Positions 20,887-31,110 of a DNA stretch of 64,000 nt are shown piece after piece; position 1 is the stretch's first letter, and each line of letters begins with the position of its first letter. Location of the stretch: the NCBI GenBank assembly GCA_963676565.1, contig OY781089.1:64001-128000 (forward strand), given 5' to 3'. This DNA is from Halarcobacter sp. Its GTDB lineage: Bacteria; Campylobacterota; Campylobacteria; Campylobacterales; Arcobacteraceae. The notes beneath the pieces were generated by a model. The model made no database searches, was not told the origin of the DNA, and saw nothing but the letters and a program-made list of their open reading frames with translations. Made by a program: the position numbers and the translations under genes.

Positions 20887-23334
20887 TTACTTTTCTAGAA
20901 ATCTAACTTCATCAGAAGTTTGAAGATCTAATGCTTTTAATGCAAGTTCTTCACACTCTTTAAGTGAAGTTTTTCTAATTTCTGATTTTATATTTGCTAT
21001 GGAAGAAGCAGTTACAGATAACTCTTTTACTCCAAGACCTGTTAAGATTTTAGCTGCAAGTGGGTTTGCAGCTAAATTTCCACATACCCCTACCCATTTA
21101 TTCTCTTTTTTTGCAGCATCACAAGTCATCTTGATCATTTTTAAAACAGCAGGATGTAGGGCATCTGCTTTTTTTGCTAAACCTTGATGTCCCCTATCCA
21201 TTGATAATACATATTGAGTTAAATCATTTGTTCCTATTGAGAAGAAATCAGCTTCTTTTATAAAATGCTCAGCCATTAAAACTGCACTTGGCACTTCAAT
21301 CATCATACCAATATCAATTTTTGAAGCACCAACCTCAACTCTAACCTCTTCAGCTATTTTAGAAGCTTCTCTAAACTCTTCTAATAATCCTACCATTGGA
21401 AACATGATTTTTATTGGACCATATTTACTAGCTTGATATATAGCCCTTAATTGCTCTTTAAATAAATCTTTATATTCAAGACACAACCTAATTCCTCTAA
21501 TACCTAAAAATGGATTATCTTCCTTTGGCATATTTAAATAAGGAACAGCTTTATCTCCACCAATATCTAAAGTTCTTACAATTAATGGCAAACCATTTAG
21601 ATGTTGAACCATTTTCTTATAAGCTTGAAATTGTTCTGTTTCATTAGGAGCACTATCTCTTTCTAAAAATAAAAATTCTGTTCTTAGAAGTCCAACACCT
21701 TCAGCTCCATTATTAACTGCTTCTAAGGCTGCATCGGCATTGGCAATATTTGCAACAATTTCCATTCTATGTTTATCTTTTGTAATTGCAGGTTCAAATC
21801 TTTTGGCAAACTCTTTTTCTTTTTGAATCTCTTCTTGTTCTTTTATTTTTTTTGCTAAGTCTAAATCATTTTTTGTAGGATTTATAACTAAAATTCCTGA
21901 ATCCCCATCGGCAATTGCATTTTGTGAACTAATATTTAAAACACCCTCTCCTGCACCAGCAATTGATGGAATTCCCATAGATCTTGCTAAAATTGCTGTG
22001 TGTGAAGTACTTCCACCCTTTGCAGTTACTATTGCTAAAACCTTTTGTTTATCAAGTTTTGAAGTTTCAGATGGTGTCATATCTAAAGATATTAAAATTG
22101 AAGGTTCTTTTATATCAATTTTTGTAGATTTAATTGCATTTTCATCTAAATATCTTAAAACTCTTTTACCAATATCTTTAATATCATTTGCCCTTTGGGA
22201 TAACCTTAAATCATTTAATGAACTTAATGCTTTCATTTCATCTTTTATAATTTCCCACCATGTATATTCTGCACTTACACCTTCAACAATTGCATTTAAA
22301 GCTTTGTTTTGTAATTCTGGGTCTTTTATTAAACTTAGGTGAGCGATAAAAATATCCATTCTATTTTTATCAACTGTTTCATGCTTTTTATGTAACCATT
22401 GGTTTAAATCATATGCAGCTTTATCTAAAGCATTTCTTAGTTTTTTTCTCTCTTCATGGGGAGATTTACCCTCTTTTTTTATCTCTATTGTATCTTCATT
22501 TAAAACAATCACTGGGCCAAGTGCCATTCCAGGAGCTGCTGGAATCCCTTCTATTTTATCACCTTGATATTCCCTTTTAGCAATTTCAGTTTTAAGCTCT
22601 TCACTATTTTTTTCACCCATTCCACCATTTACTAAATTCACCAAAGCTTCTAAAGCTTCCTTCTCATCTTTACCTTTTGTTGAAATTATAAAAGTGCTTT
22701 TTCCTGTAATTCCAAGTTTTAAGATAGAAGCTACAGATTTTCCATTTGCTACTTTTTCATTAAACTCTATTTGAACTTCACAATTATATTTACTAGCTTC
22801 ATCAACAAATAAAGATGCAGGTCGTGCATGAAAACCAACTGCACCTGGAAATACCACTTCTTTTTTTGTATCAAAATGTTCTATTTTTTGATTATCTTCT
22901 TTTTTTTCATTTGTATTTAAAGTATTTAGTATAAGGTTAATATCTTTTGTAGTTGCTAGTTTTTTTGCTGCATCATCATCCATTAGAAGATTTGTAAGTT
23001 GTGATAATATTTCAATATGCTCATCACTTTTTGCTGCAATCCCTACAATTATATATGCTTTTTCATCATCTTTCCATACTACACCATCTGGAATTTGTAA
23101 AACAGCAATCCCTGTCTTTAATATAAGATTTCTATTTTCTTGAAGTCCATGGGGGATACAAATACCATTTCCTAAATATGTATTTGAGATCTCTTCTCTG
23201 CCAAAGATAGAGTCAATATAAGCAGTTTTTATATAACCACCATCAACAAGAAGTTTCCCAACCTCTTCTATCGCCTTCTTTTTCGAGTCAATATTAGATC
23301 CTAATTTGACCATATTTTTTTCTAGTTCTAGCAT
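20887..23334 (-). CDS. fruB: Multiphosphoryl transfer protein EIIA(Fru)-HPr-Enzyme I fusion
   Basis: EIIA STYLGNGICIPHG; HPr GFHARPA and GKS; EI TSHTAILAR, GLLRTEF, RTLDIGGDK, SIGTNDL, GVCG. Confidence 0.93.
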   Translation of the reverse strand: MLELEKNMVKLGSNIDSKKKAIEEVGKLLVDGGYIKTAYIDSIFGREEISNTYLGNGICIPHGLQENRNLILKTGIAVLQIPDGVVWKDDEKAYIIVGIAAKSDEHIEILSQLTNLLMDDDAAKKLATTKDINLILNTLNTNEKKEDNQKIEHFDTKKEVVFPGAVGFHARPASLFVDEASKYNCEVQIEFNEKVANGKSVASILKLGITGKSTFIISTKGKDEKEALEALVNLVNGGMGEKNSEELKTEIAKREYQGDKIEGIPAAPGMALGPVIVLNEDTIEIKKEGKSPHEERKKLRNALDKAAYDLNQWLHKKHETVDKNRMDIFIAHLSLIKDPELQNKALNAIVEGVSAEYTWWEIIKDEMKALSSLNDLRLSQRANDIKDIGKRVLRYLDENAIKSTKIDIKEPSILISLDMTPSETSKLDKQKVLAIVTAKGGSTSHTAILARSMGIPSIAGAGEGVLNISSQNAIADGDSGILVINPTKNDLDLAKKIKEQEEIQKEKEFAKRFEPAITKDKHRMEIVANIANADAALEAVNNGAEGVGLLRTEFLFLERDSAPNETEQFQAYKKMVQHLNGLPLIVRTLDIGGDKAVPYLNMPKEDNPFLGIRGIRLCLEYKDLFKEQLRAIYQASKYGPIKIMFPMVGLLEEFREASKIAEEVRVEVGASKIDIGMMIEVPSAVLMAEHFIKEADFFSIGTNDLTQYVLSMDRGHQGLAKKADALHPAVLKMIKMTCDAAKKENKWVGVCGNLAANPLAAKILTGLGVKELSVTASSIANIKSEIRKTSLKECEELALKALDLQTSDEVRFLEK

Positions 23335-23418
23335 TTCTTTTCCCTTATTTACTAAAAAACATTTTTAATTACATTTTCCTATATTCAAATTATGACAACA
23401 ATGAATTTAATAGAAACT

Positions 23419-23449
23419 TAAACAAACGTTTGAATTAAACAATTGTTTA
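23419..23449. promoter_or_regulatory. Tandem operator-like sites between divergent fruB and TetR promoters
   Basis: TAAACAAACGTTTG (23419-23432) and perfect palindrome TAAACAATTGTTTA (23436-23449); extended -10 boxes at 23394-23389 (-) and 23467-23472 (+). Confidence 0.65.
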
Positions 23450-23501
23450 TATAACCTTTTATTTGTTATAATCCCTTTGAATAAATTATAAAAGAGAAAA
23501 A

Positions 23502-24200
23502 TTGTTTGAAATTAAAGATAATCATTTAAAATTGTTCGAAGAATTTAATCTTGAAAATACAAGAGATAGACTTATTAAAAATGCAATGGAGATGTTTGCT
23601 GAGCAAGGTTATGATAAAACCTCTGTTAGGGAACTTGCCCGTAAATCTGATGCAAATATTGCTGCAATAAATTATCACTTTGGCGGGAAAGAAGGACTTT
23701 ATCAAGCTGTGCTTGAATACATAGTAGATTACATGGATTCTTGGGCAATGCCCCTTGTAAATGCCTATGATGATTTTTTAAAAGAACAAAATGGAACCTT
23801 TGAGATGAATAAAACTATCAATTGGATTGAAGAGTTTATTGATACTTTTATAACAAGAGCTTTTGAGTCATACGAATCAAATATCCTACTTCATAAAATT
23901 ATTGTTAGAGAACAATTAAAACCAAGTCTTGGTTTTAACAAAATATATAGCATGGCCTCTTTGAAACTAGCTGAACATATTATTAGTGATTTATTAAGTA
24001 AAATCTCTGATGCAAATGAGGATAAGATTATCATCTATACAAACTCTATTATAGGTCTTATGCATAGATTTGTTTCTGCAAATAGTTCTGTTAGAGCAGA
24101 ATTAAATGTTAAAGATTTTACTAAATCTCAAAAACAAGATATTAAAGAGCTTATTATCTATCAAGTAAAAAATACCCTCTTACAATTTTTAAAAGGGTAA
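23502..24200 (+). CDS. TetR-family regulator (CecR/YbiH-like)
   Basis: FAEQGYDKTSVRELA...NIAAINYHFGGKEGLY HTH; REQLKPS. Confidence 0.88.
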   Translation: MFEIKDNHLKLFEEFNLENTRDRLIKNAMEMFAEQGYDKTSVRELARKSDANIAAINYHFGGKEGLYQAVLEYIVDYMDSWAMPLVNAYDDFLKEQNGTFEMNKTINWIEEFIDTFITRAFESYESNILLHKIIVREQLKPSLGFNKIYSMASLKLAEHIISDLLSKISDANEDKIIIYTNSIIGLMHRFVSANSSVRAELNVKDFTKSQKQDIKELIIYQVKNTLLQFLKG

Positions 24201-25142
24201 ATATATTTTATCAACTAACTCTTCAAACTCGCTAGTGGCATCTGAGTCACAAGTTATTCCACCACCACTTTTATAGAAAAACTCTCCATCTTTATTTTTT
24301 TCAATAAATCGAATCATAACTGCACTATTTAAGGTTTTATTTTCATACACACCAAAAACTCCAGTATAAAAATCTCTTTCATAGTTTTCACATTTTTTTA
24401 AAATCTCAACTGTTTTTTTCTTTGGACAACCAGTAATAGAACCAGCAGGTAGAATTGAAGTTAGAATATCCCCTATTCTCTCATTCCAATCTTCTTCAAG
24501 ATGTCCTGAGATTTTTGAACTTACTTGTAGAAGTTTTTTCTCCCCAGCATTAATCTTATCAATATATCTAAATTTATCAACCCTGATTTTTTTGGCAACT
24601 ATTCCTAGGTCATTTCTTAATAAATCAACAACCATAGTATGTTCAGCCATCTCTTTTTTATCACCTAAAATCATAGCTTCTGCATTTGGAATTTTTGAGT
24701 CAATTGTTCCTTTCATAGGATATGTATATATTTTATTTTTCTTAATTTCTATAAATTTTTCTGGAGAAAAACACACAAAATCATCAAAAAATTTTAATTT
24801 GAATTTTGCATTTGCTTTTTCATAAATCTCATCTAAGGATAGTTTTGGGTCTATTTTAGTTTTAGAAGTTAAGTTTAAGAGGTATGAATTCCCAAGTCTT
24901 ATATTCTCTTGTATAAAATCAAATCTTTTTTTATACTCCTCATAGGAGATTGGCTCTTTAATAATTCTATGTTTTTTTGAGATTTTAGAAGAGACTTTTT
25001 CATCTATACTATATTTTATATCAGAAGGAAGTTCTTTTAGAGGTTTTACAAAAAATTTTGATAGGTCATATGAGATACAAAAAAAGAATGGCTCATCTAA
25101 AGAGCCATACTTATTTAATATTTTTTTTAGTTCTTCGTTCAA
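24189..25142 (-). CDS. pabB: Aminodeoxychorismate synthase component I
   Basis: FSPEKF, PMKGT, KEMAEHTMVVDLLRNDL, PAGSITG, SGGGIT. Confidence 0.9.
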   Translation of the reverse strand: MNEELKKILNKYGSLDEPFFFCISYDLSKFFVKPLKELPSDIKYSIDEKVSSKISKKHRIIKEPISYEEYKKRFDFIQENIRLGNSYLLNLTSKTKIDPKLSLDEIYEKANAKFKLKFFDDFVCFSPEKFIEIKKNKIYTYPMKGTIDSKIPNAEAMILGDKKEMAEHTMVVDLLRNDLGIVAKKIRVDKFRYIDKINAGEKKLLQVSSKISGHLEEDWNERIGDILTSILPAGSITGCPKKKTVEILKKCENYERDFYTGVFGVYENKTLNSAVMIRFIEKNKDGEFFYKSGGGITCDSDATSEFEELVDKIYLPF

Positions 25143-25145
25143 ATC

Positions 25146-26033
25146 TTATTTTTTTTGATCTGCTATAAGTTTTTTTAAAATTGCCATTCTAACAGCAACT
25201 CCATTTGTAACTTGTTCTAAAACTTTGTTTCTTGGATCAATTAACATCTCATCAGAGATATCAACATTCCTATTTACTGGACCTGGGTGTAATAATAGAA
25301 TATCTCTATCACCAAAAGTCTCTTTTGTAATACAATAATCTTTTGCATATTCTTGTAAAGAAGCAAAATATATTTCATTATGTCTTTCAAGCTGAGTTCT
25401 TAAACTCATTACAACATCAACTTCATCAATAACTTCTGAAATATGATCATATTGCTTAAATTCTCCTGTGTCATCTTTAAAGCAATCAGGGGCAACAAAA
25501 CAAACATCTATTCCAAATCTAGGAAGAAGTCTTTTATTTGAACCTGCAACTCTTGAAGTTCTTACATCACCAACAATTGCAATTTTTTTACCTTCTGTTT
25601 TACCATCAAAATGTTCCATAATAGTAAAAAGATCTAATAAAGCTTGAGTAGGATGGGCATTATTACCATCTCCAGCATTTATAATAGGACAATCTACATA
25701 ATCAACTAAACTTGCAGGTAAGCCACTTTCAGAGTGTCTAATAATAATTGCATCAGGTTTTGTGGCATTAATATTTGCAACTGTATCAAAAGTAGTTTCA
25801 CCTTTATTAATTGAAGACGTAGCTAGATCAAGTGCAATTATTTCTGCTCCTAACCTTTTTGCTGCTGTTTCAAATGCACTTCTCGTTCTTGTTGAATTTT
25901 CAAAAAACAAAACAACAATTATCTTACCTTTTAGAATCTCTCTTGATTCCATATCCAAAAATTCTCTAGCATCATCATAAAGTTCAAGTATTTCTTCTTT
26001 TGTAAAGTCACTAGTTGATATTAAATGCTGCAT
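25146..26033 (-). CDS. pyrB: Aspartate carbamoyltransferase catalytic subunit
   Basis: FFENSTRT, INAGDG, HPTQALLD, HPGP. Confidence 0.97.
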   Translation of the reverse strand: MQHLISTSDFTKEEILELYDDAREFLDMESREILKGKIIVVLFFENSTRTRSAFETAAKRLGAEIIALDLATSSINKGETTFDTVANINATKPDAIIIRHSESGLPASLVDYVDCPIINAGDGNNAHPTQALLDLFTIMEHFDGKTEGKKIAIVGDVRTSRVAGSNKRLLPRFGIDVCFVAPDCFKDDTGEFKQYDHISEVIDEVDVVMSLRTQLERHNEIYFASLQEYAKDYCITKETFGDRDILLLHPGPVNRNVDISDEMLIDPRNKVLEQVTNGVAVRMAILKKLIADQKK

Positions 26034-26201
26034 TTTCCACCTTTAATTTTGATTTTGATTTTAGCTAAAAGCAGATTAATAAATATTTACATTCTCAAAT
26101 ATTTTCATGTTTGTTTATATCTTAATAAAAGAACTTGAAAATGTTAATTTTCTGTTTAAATAAATTAGATATAATTTCATCCAATAAAACAAGGAAAACT
26201 T

Positions 26202-27386
26202 ATGTTAGAACAATTAGATAAACAATACGTATTAAATACTTATCCAAGAAATTACATAAACTTTAAAAAAGGTATTAATGCAACACTATATGATGAAAAC
26301 AATAAAGACTATATAGATTTCACTTCTGGTATTGGTGTTGTATCTGTTGGTCATGGAAATAAAGAGCTTGCTGATGCAATTTATGAACAAGTTAAAAACA
26401 TCACACATATTTCCAATTTATATGCAATAGAACCACAAGCAAAGCTTGGTGAAAAGATTGCCAAACTGTCAAATATGGATGTTGCTACATTTTTTGCAAA
26501 CTCAGGAGCTGAGGCAAATGAAGGTGCTATTAAATTAGCAAGAAAATATGGTGAGACTAAATTTGATAAAAAGAAATATAAAGTTATAACTTTAGAACAC
26601 TCTTTTCATGGAAGAACAATCACAACTGTAAAGGCAACAGGACAAAGCTCTTTTCATAATCCTAGTTTTGCCCCTTACCCAGAAGGTTTTTCTTTTAATA
26701 GTGCCATTGAAGATATTTATAATTCAATTGATGATGAAACAGTTGCAGTTATGATTGAACTTGTTCAAGGTGAAGGTGGAGTACAACCATTTGATAAAAA
26801 AGAGATTCAAGAATTAGCAAAATTTTTAAAAGAGCAAAATATACTTTTAATAATTGATGAAGTTCAAACAGGGATATATAGAACTGGAGAATTTCTAGCA
26901 ACTAACCTTTATGAAATTGAACCAGATATTATAACCCTAGCGAAAGGTTTAGGTGGTGGTGTTCCAATTGGAGCAGTGGTAACAAAACATAAAGATATCT
27001 TTGTTCCAGGCGATCATGGTTCTACATTTGGAGGAAACTATCTATCAACTGCAAGTGCAAATAAAGTTTTAGATATTTTAGATGAGTATAAAAACTCAGG
27101 TGCTTTAGATGAAGCTATAATCTATTTTGGTAATAAACTATCAGAAATATATAAAAAATATCCAAATATATTCACTTCTGAAGTTGGTTTAGGATTAATG
27201 AGAGGATTAAGAGCAAAAGATAGTGAAACTCTTCAAAAAGTTATAAAAAACTGTTTCGAAGAAGGTGTTCTTGTTTTAAAAGCAGGTAAAAATACTATGA
27301 GACTTTTACCTCCATTAACAATCACAAAAGATGAGATTAACATAGGATTTGAAAGGCTAGATAATGCACTCTCAAAAATTAAATAG
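26202..27386 (+). CDS. argD: Acetylornithine aminotransferase
   Basis: NSGAEANE, FHGRT, DEVQTG, LAKGLGGG, HGSTFGGN. Confidence 0.9.
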   Translation: MLEQLDKQYVLNTYPRNYINFKKGINATLYDENNKDYIDFTSGIGVVSVGHGNKELADAIYEQVKNITHISNLYAIEPQAKLGEKIAKLSNMDVATFFANSGAEANEGAIKLARKYGETKFDKKKYKVITLEHSFHGRTITTVKATGQSSFHNPSFAPYPEGFSFNSAIEDIYNSIDDETVAVMIELVQGEGGVQPFDKKEIQELAKFLKEQNILLIIDEVQTGIYRTGEFLATNLYEIEPDIITLAKGLGGGVPIGAVVTKHKDIFVPGDHGSTFGGNYLSTASANKVLDILDEYKNSGALDEAIIYFGNKLSEIYKKYPNIFTSEVGLGLMRGLRAKDSETLQKVIKNCFEEGVLVLKAGKNTMRLLPPLTITKDEINIGFERLDNALSKIK

Positions 27387-28551
27387 TCTATTTTTAGTAT
27401 CTTTTTTAACATTTTCTTTAGGCTTAAATGCCCAAGATAAATTAGATGAAAATATACTTTCAAAAGATAGACTTAATCTTTTTGAATACAATAGTAAAAA
27501 AAATGAAGAAAATAGTTCTAAGTTAAAAAAAGATTGGGTTAATCCTATAACCCTATCTTTTGCAAAAAGTTATACAGATACAAATAATACTACAACTAGT
27601 TCTATTAGTATAAATCAACCTATATTTAAAAGTGGGGGAATCTATTCAGCTATTAAATATGCAAATGCAACTTATGAGTATAATAATTTTGATATAGAAC
27701 TTCAGAAAAAAGAGTTAATTAAAACAGCAACTACTTTACTTTTTAATTTAAATATTATTGATTTAAATATTAAAAAAAATGAATTACTACTAAAAAATAA
27801 AGAGATTGAAGTTCAAAGAAAAAAAGAACAAGTAATGAACGGCTTTTTAGATACTTCTTCTTTAGACAATGCAATTATTGATGCGAATTCTATTAAAAAC
27901 AACCTTGCAGATTTATATTATCAAAAAGAGGAGTTAAACTATAACTTTTCAAATATTGCAAGTGGTGATTATAAAAGCTTTGAACTTCCTGTATTATCAT
28001 TAAACGATGAAAATACTTATTTAAAAAACAATTTAGAATTAGCAAAAGCAAAAGCAGATATTGAACAAAATGATAATTTTGTAGATATGACTATATCAAA
28101 ATATTTGCCTCAAGTAAATGCAAATTTTAACCATAAACAAAACCATGAAAAAGATAATGGCTTTCCAACAAATGAAAATGTAAATAGCTATGGTTTTTCA
28201 GTTTCTATTCCTTTAGATATTAGAACTTTTAATGATATTGAAACCCAAAGAATCAATTATTTAAGTTCTAAATTAAACCTAAAGAATCAAGAATTAGAAG
28301 AGAAAAACTTTTATAGAACTAAACTTTCTAAAATAAAAATGTATGATAATAAAAAAGAGATTGCAAAAAGTGATTATGAACTTTATAGTTCTTTATTAGA
28401 AGTTATTATTGAAGAAAGAGATGCACAATTAAAAACACAAAGTGATGTTGATATTCTAAAAAATTCACAAGAGATTAGATCAATTGAATTAAATATTTTA
28501 GAACTTCAAAAACAAATAGAACTTCTTGAACTATACGCTAAAATGAGCTAA
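27364..28551 (+). CDS. TolC-like outer membrane efflux protein
   Basis: Signal peptide, QPIFKSG, KYLP, two helical/beta repeats. Confidence 0.7.
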   Translation: MHSQKLNSLFLVSFLTFSLGLNAQDKLDENILSKDRLNLFEYNSKKNEENSSKLKKDWVNPITLSFAKSYTDTNNTTTSSISINQPIFKSGGIYSAIKYANATYEYNNFDIELQKKELIKTATTLLFNLNIIDLNIKKNELLLKNKEIEVQRKKEQVMNGFLDTSSLDNAIIDANSIKNNLADLYYQKEELNYNFSNIASGDYKSFELPVLSLNDENTYLKNNLELAKAKADIEQNDNFVDMTISKYLPQVNANFNHKQNHEKDNGFPTNENVNSYGFSVSIPLDIRTFNDIETQRINYLSSKLNLKNQELEEKNFYRTKLSKIKMYDNKKEIAKSDYELYSSLLEVIIEERDAQLKTQSDVDILKNSQEIRSIELNILELQKQIELLELYAKMS

Positions 28552-28564
28552 AGATAAGAAGTTA

Positions 28565-30025
28565 TTACTTCTTATCTTTTGGTAACTCTAAATAATATTC
28601 TAACTCTGATGGAGTTAAAATCTTAATAGTATTTGTACTTCCTGGAACACCTACTGGATATCCAAAGGTAGCAATATATGTTGCAGTTTTATCTAAATAA
28701 CCTTTTTCATCTAAAACTTTTAACATTTTTTGTATCATTTTTGAAGCACCCGCTTCTTTAATTTTAGCAATTGGTTCAACACCCCATAATCCACACATAG
28801 GATTTAATACTCTTCTTTGGTGTGTGAACATATAGATATTTGTTTTAGGTCTATATCTTGAGATTTTTCTACCTGATAAACCAGAACTTGTTAATGCAAT
28901 AATACCTTTAGCACCAATATCATCAGCTAACTTTGTAGCTGTTCCTTGAATAACATCAAAACTATCATGATAAGATAATTTATTGTGTTTATCATATGGA
29001 TAAATCTCTTCAGTTTTAGCAATAATATTTGCCATTGTCTTTACTGTATTAATTGGATCAATACCAACTGCACTCTCTTCTGAAAGCATAACAGCATCTG
29101 TTCCATCAAGTACTGCATTTGCTACATCTGAGATTTCTGCTCTTGTAGCTCTTTCGTTGTGAGTCATCGATAAAAGCATTTGTGTTGCTGTAATTACAGG
29201 GATACAAGCTTCATTTGCCTTTTTAATAAGTGTTTTTTGAATTGTTGGTACTTCATAATAAGGAACTTCAATTCCTAAATCTCCCCTTGCAACCATAAGT
29301 CCATCAGAAGCCTCAATAATCTCATCAATATTTTCAACTGCGTCAAACTTCTCAATTTTTGCAATTAATTTACCTTGATAATTTCCAAGAAGCTTTCTTG
29401 CTGTTAACATATCGTTTTTATTTTGTACGAAAGAGATTGCGAAGTAATCAACTTTGTTTTTAACACCCCATGCAATATCCTCTTCATCTTTTCTTGTAAT
29501 TACATTGATATCAATTACTGTATTTGGGAAGTTAATACCTTTTTTTGATGTTAAAGTACCATGATTCTCAACAGTAGCAACAACTTTTTCACCAGTTTCA
29601 ATAACTCTTGCTCTAATAGTTCCATCATATAAATATATATATTCATCAACTTTTACTTTGTCCAATAGTTCTGGATAGTTTGTTGAAACAACATATTTTT
29701 TATCTGATTCTTTATACCCTATAATCTCTTCTTTTAAAAATGTGATTTCATCACCTTGAAAAAGTTCAAACTTTTCTTTTAACTCACCTATTCTTACTTT
29801 TGGTCCAGAAATATCTTGTAAAACTGCAATTGTAACATCAAGTTTATTCATTACAGTTCTAATATTTTTTAAAGTTTCTTCATGATATTCATGCGAACCG
29901 TGAGAAAAGTTCAGTCTAAACATATTTGCACCAGCTTTAACTAATCCTTCAATCACTTCTACACTATTACTTGCAGGTCCAAGTGTTGCCAATATCTTAG
30001 TTTTTTTATAGCCTGTTTTATACAC
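28565..30025 (-). CDS. pyk: Pyruvate kinase
   Basis: TKILATLGPAS, RLNFSHG, MVARGDLG, ATQML, TRAE. Confidence 0.97.
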   Translation of the reverse strand: MYKTGYKKTKILATLGPASNSVEVIEGLVKAGANMFRLNFSHGSHEYHEETLKNIRTVMNKLDVTIAVLQDISGPKVRIGELKEKFELFQGDEITFLKEEIIGYKESDKKYVVSTNYPELLDKVKVDEYIYLYDGTIRARVIETGEKVVATVENHGTLTSKKGINFPNTVIDINVITRKDEEDIAWGVKNKVDYFAISFVQNKNDMLTARKLLGNYQGKLIAKIEKFDAVENIDEIIEASDGLMVARGDLGIEVPYYEVPTIQKTLIKKANEACIPVITATQMLLSMTHNERATRAEISDVANAVLDGTDAVMLSEESAVGIDPINTVKTMANIIAKTEEIYPYDKHNKLSYHDSFDVIQGTATKLADDIGAKGIIALTSSGLSGRKISRYRPKTNIYMFTHQRRVLNPMCGLWGVEPIAKIKEAGASKMIQKMLKVLDEKGYLDKTATYIATFGYPVGVPGSTNTIKILTPSELEYYLELPKDKK

Positions 30026-30207
30026 TTTTGGCTCCTTTTATATTTTGTAAACCATATTGTACCATAATTAAACTAGTATATTAGTTACATATATCAATTA
30101 GTTAACTAAGTTTAATTACATATCAATTACATCTAATTAAATTTCTTCACTTTTATTTCACAATATGATTGTTATAATAATCTTATACAAAAAAAAGGAT
30201 TAATACC

Positions 30208-30945
30208 ATGAAAAAGTTATCATTTTTTAAACAAATCACCTCAATTTCTGTTGTTGTAGCAGTTTTATCAGGATGTGCAGCAACACAAAGTACAAATACA
30301 TCATCAAATAATACTTCAATGAATAAAACTCAATCTGGAGCACTAATTGGTGGTATTTTAGGAGCTGTTATTGGTGCTTCTACATCAGGAGGTGGAGCAA
30401 AAAGAGCCGTTATTGGTGGTGCAATTGGTGCTGCAGTTGGTGGTGGAATTGGTTACTCTATGGACCAACAAGCAAAAGAAGTTGCACAAGAGCTAAATAC
30501 TAATGTTAACAATAATCCTAATGCTGCATTAGACCCAAATTCAGATTTAATTGTTTCAAATACCGACAAATACGTAAAAATAATGTTAAGAGATAGTATG
30601 GTTTTTCAAACAAACTCTGCTGTACCAACTGCAACTGCAGCAAGAAAAATCTCTAAAATTTCTGATGTATTAAGAAACTATCCAAATACAATTGTACAAG
30701 TTGTGGGCTTTACAGATAATAGAGGTTCATATGAATATAACCAGAAACTATCAAATCAAAGAGCAGCAAATGTAGGTAATACAATCTATAATAGTGGTAT
30801 ACAAAATCAAATCTTTTCAAAAGGTTGTTCTTACAATAAACCAATCGCACCAAATAATTCAACTGAAAACATGGGTTTAAATAGAAGAGTAGAAATTTAC
30901 CTTTATGCAAACCAACAATCAATCATTGATGCTTGTGTAGAATAA
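30208..30945 (+). CDS. OmpA-family lipoprotein with glycine zipper (YiaD-like)
   Basis: Lipobox LSGC, Gly-zipper, GFTDNRG, NQKLSNQRA, NRRVEI. Confidence 0.88.
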   Translation: MKKLSFFKQITSISVVVAVLSGCAATQSTNTSSNNTSMNKTQSGALIGGILGAVIGASTSGGGAKRAVIGGAIGAAVGGGIGYSMDQQAKEVAQELNTNVNNNPNAALDPNSDLIVSNTDKYVKIMLRDSMVFQTNSAVPTATAARKISKISDVLRNYPNTIVQVVGFTDNRGSYEYNQKLSNQRAANVGNTIYNSGIQNQIFSKGCSYNKPIAPNNSTENMGLNRRVEIYLYANQQSIIDACVE

Positions 30946-30957
30946 TTCTAAATAAAA

Positions 30958-30983
30958 AGTAAAAGGGAGAATTCCCTTTTGCT
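30958..30983 (+). terminator. Intrinsic terminator after OmpA gene
   Basis: AGTAAAAGGGA-GAAT-TCCCTTTTGCT. Confidence 0.6.
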
Positions 30984-31110
30984 TTAGTTTAAAACACCAT
31001 TCTTCACAAAGGAAAAAAATTATCCTTTACTAAAATTTATTAAGATTAGTTTAAATTTAAATATGTACAATTACACATCTTAAAAGAAAAAAATTATTAA
31101 AGGATATATA

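Noticed and set aside
23421..23433. Cra/FruR site (AAACGTTT core) upstream of fruB
   Set aside because: No LacI-family gene in the window; the tandem 14-mer arrangement is better explained by the adjacent TetR, though a relic Cra site is not excluded
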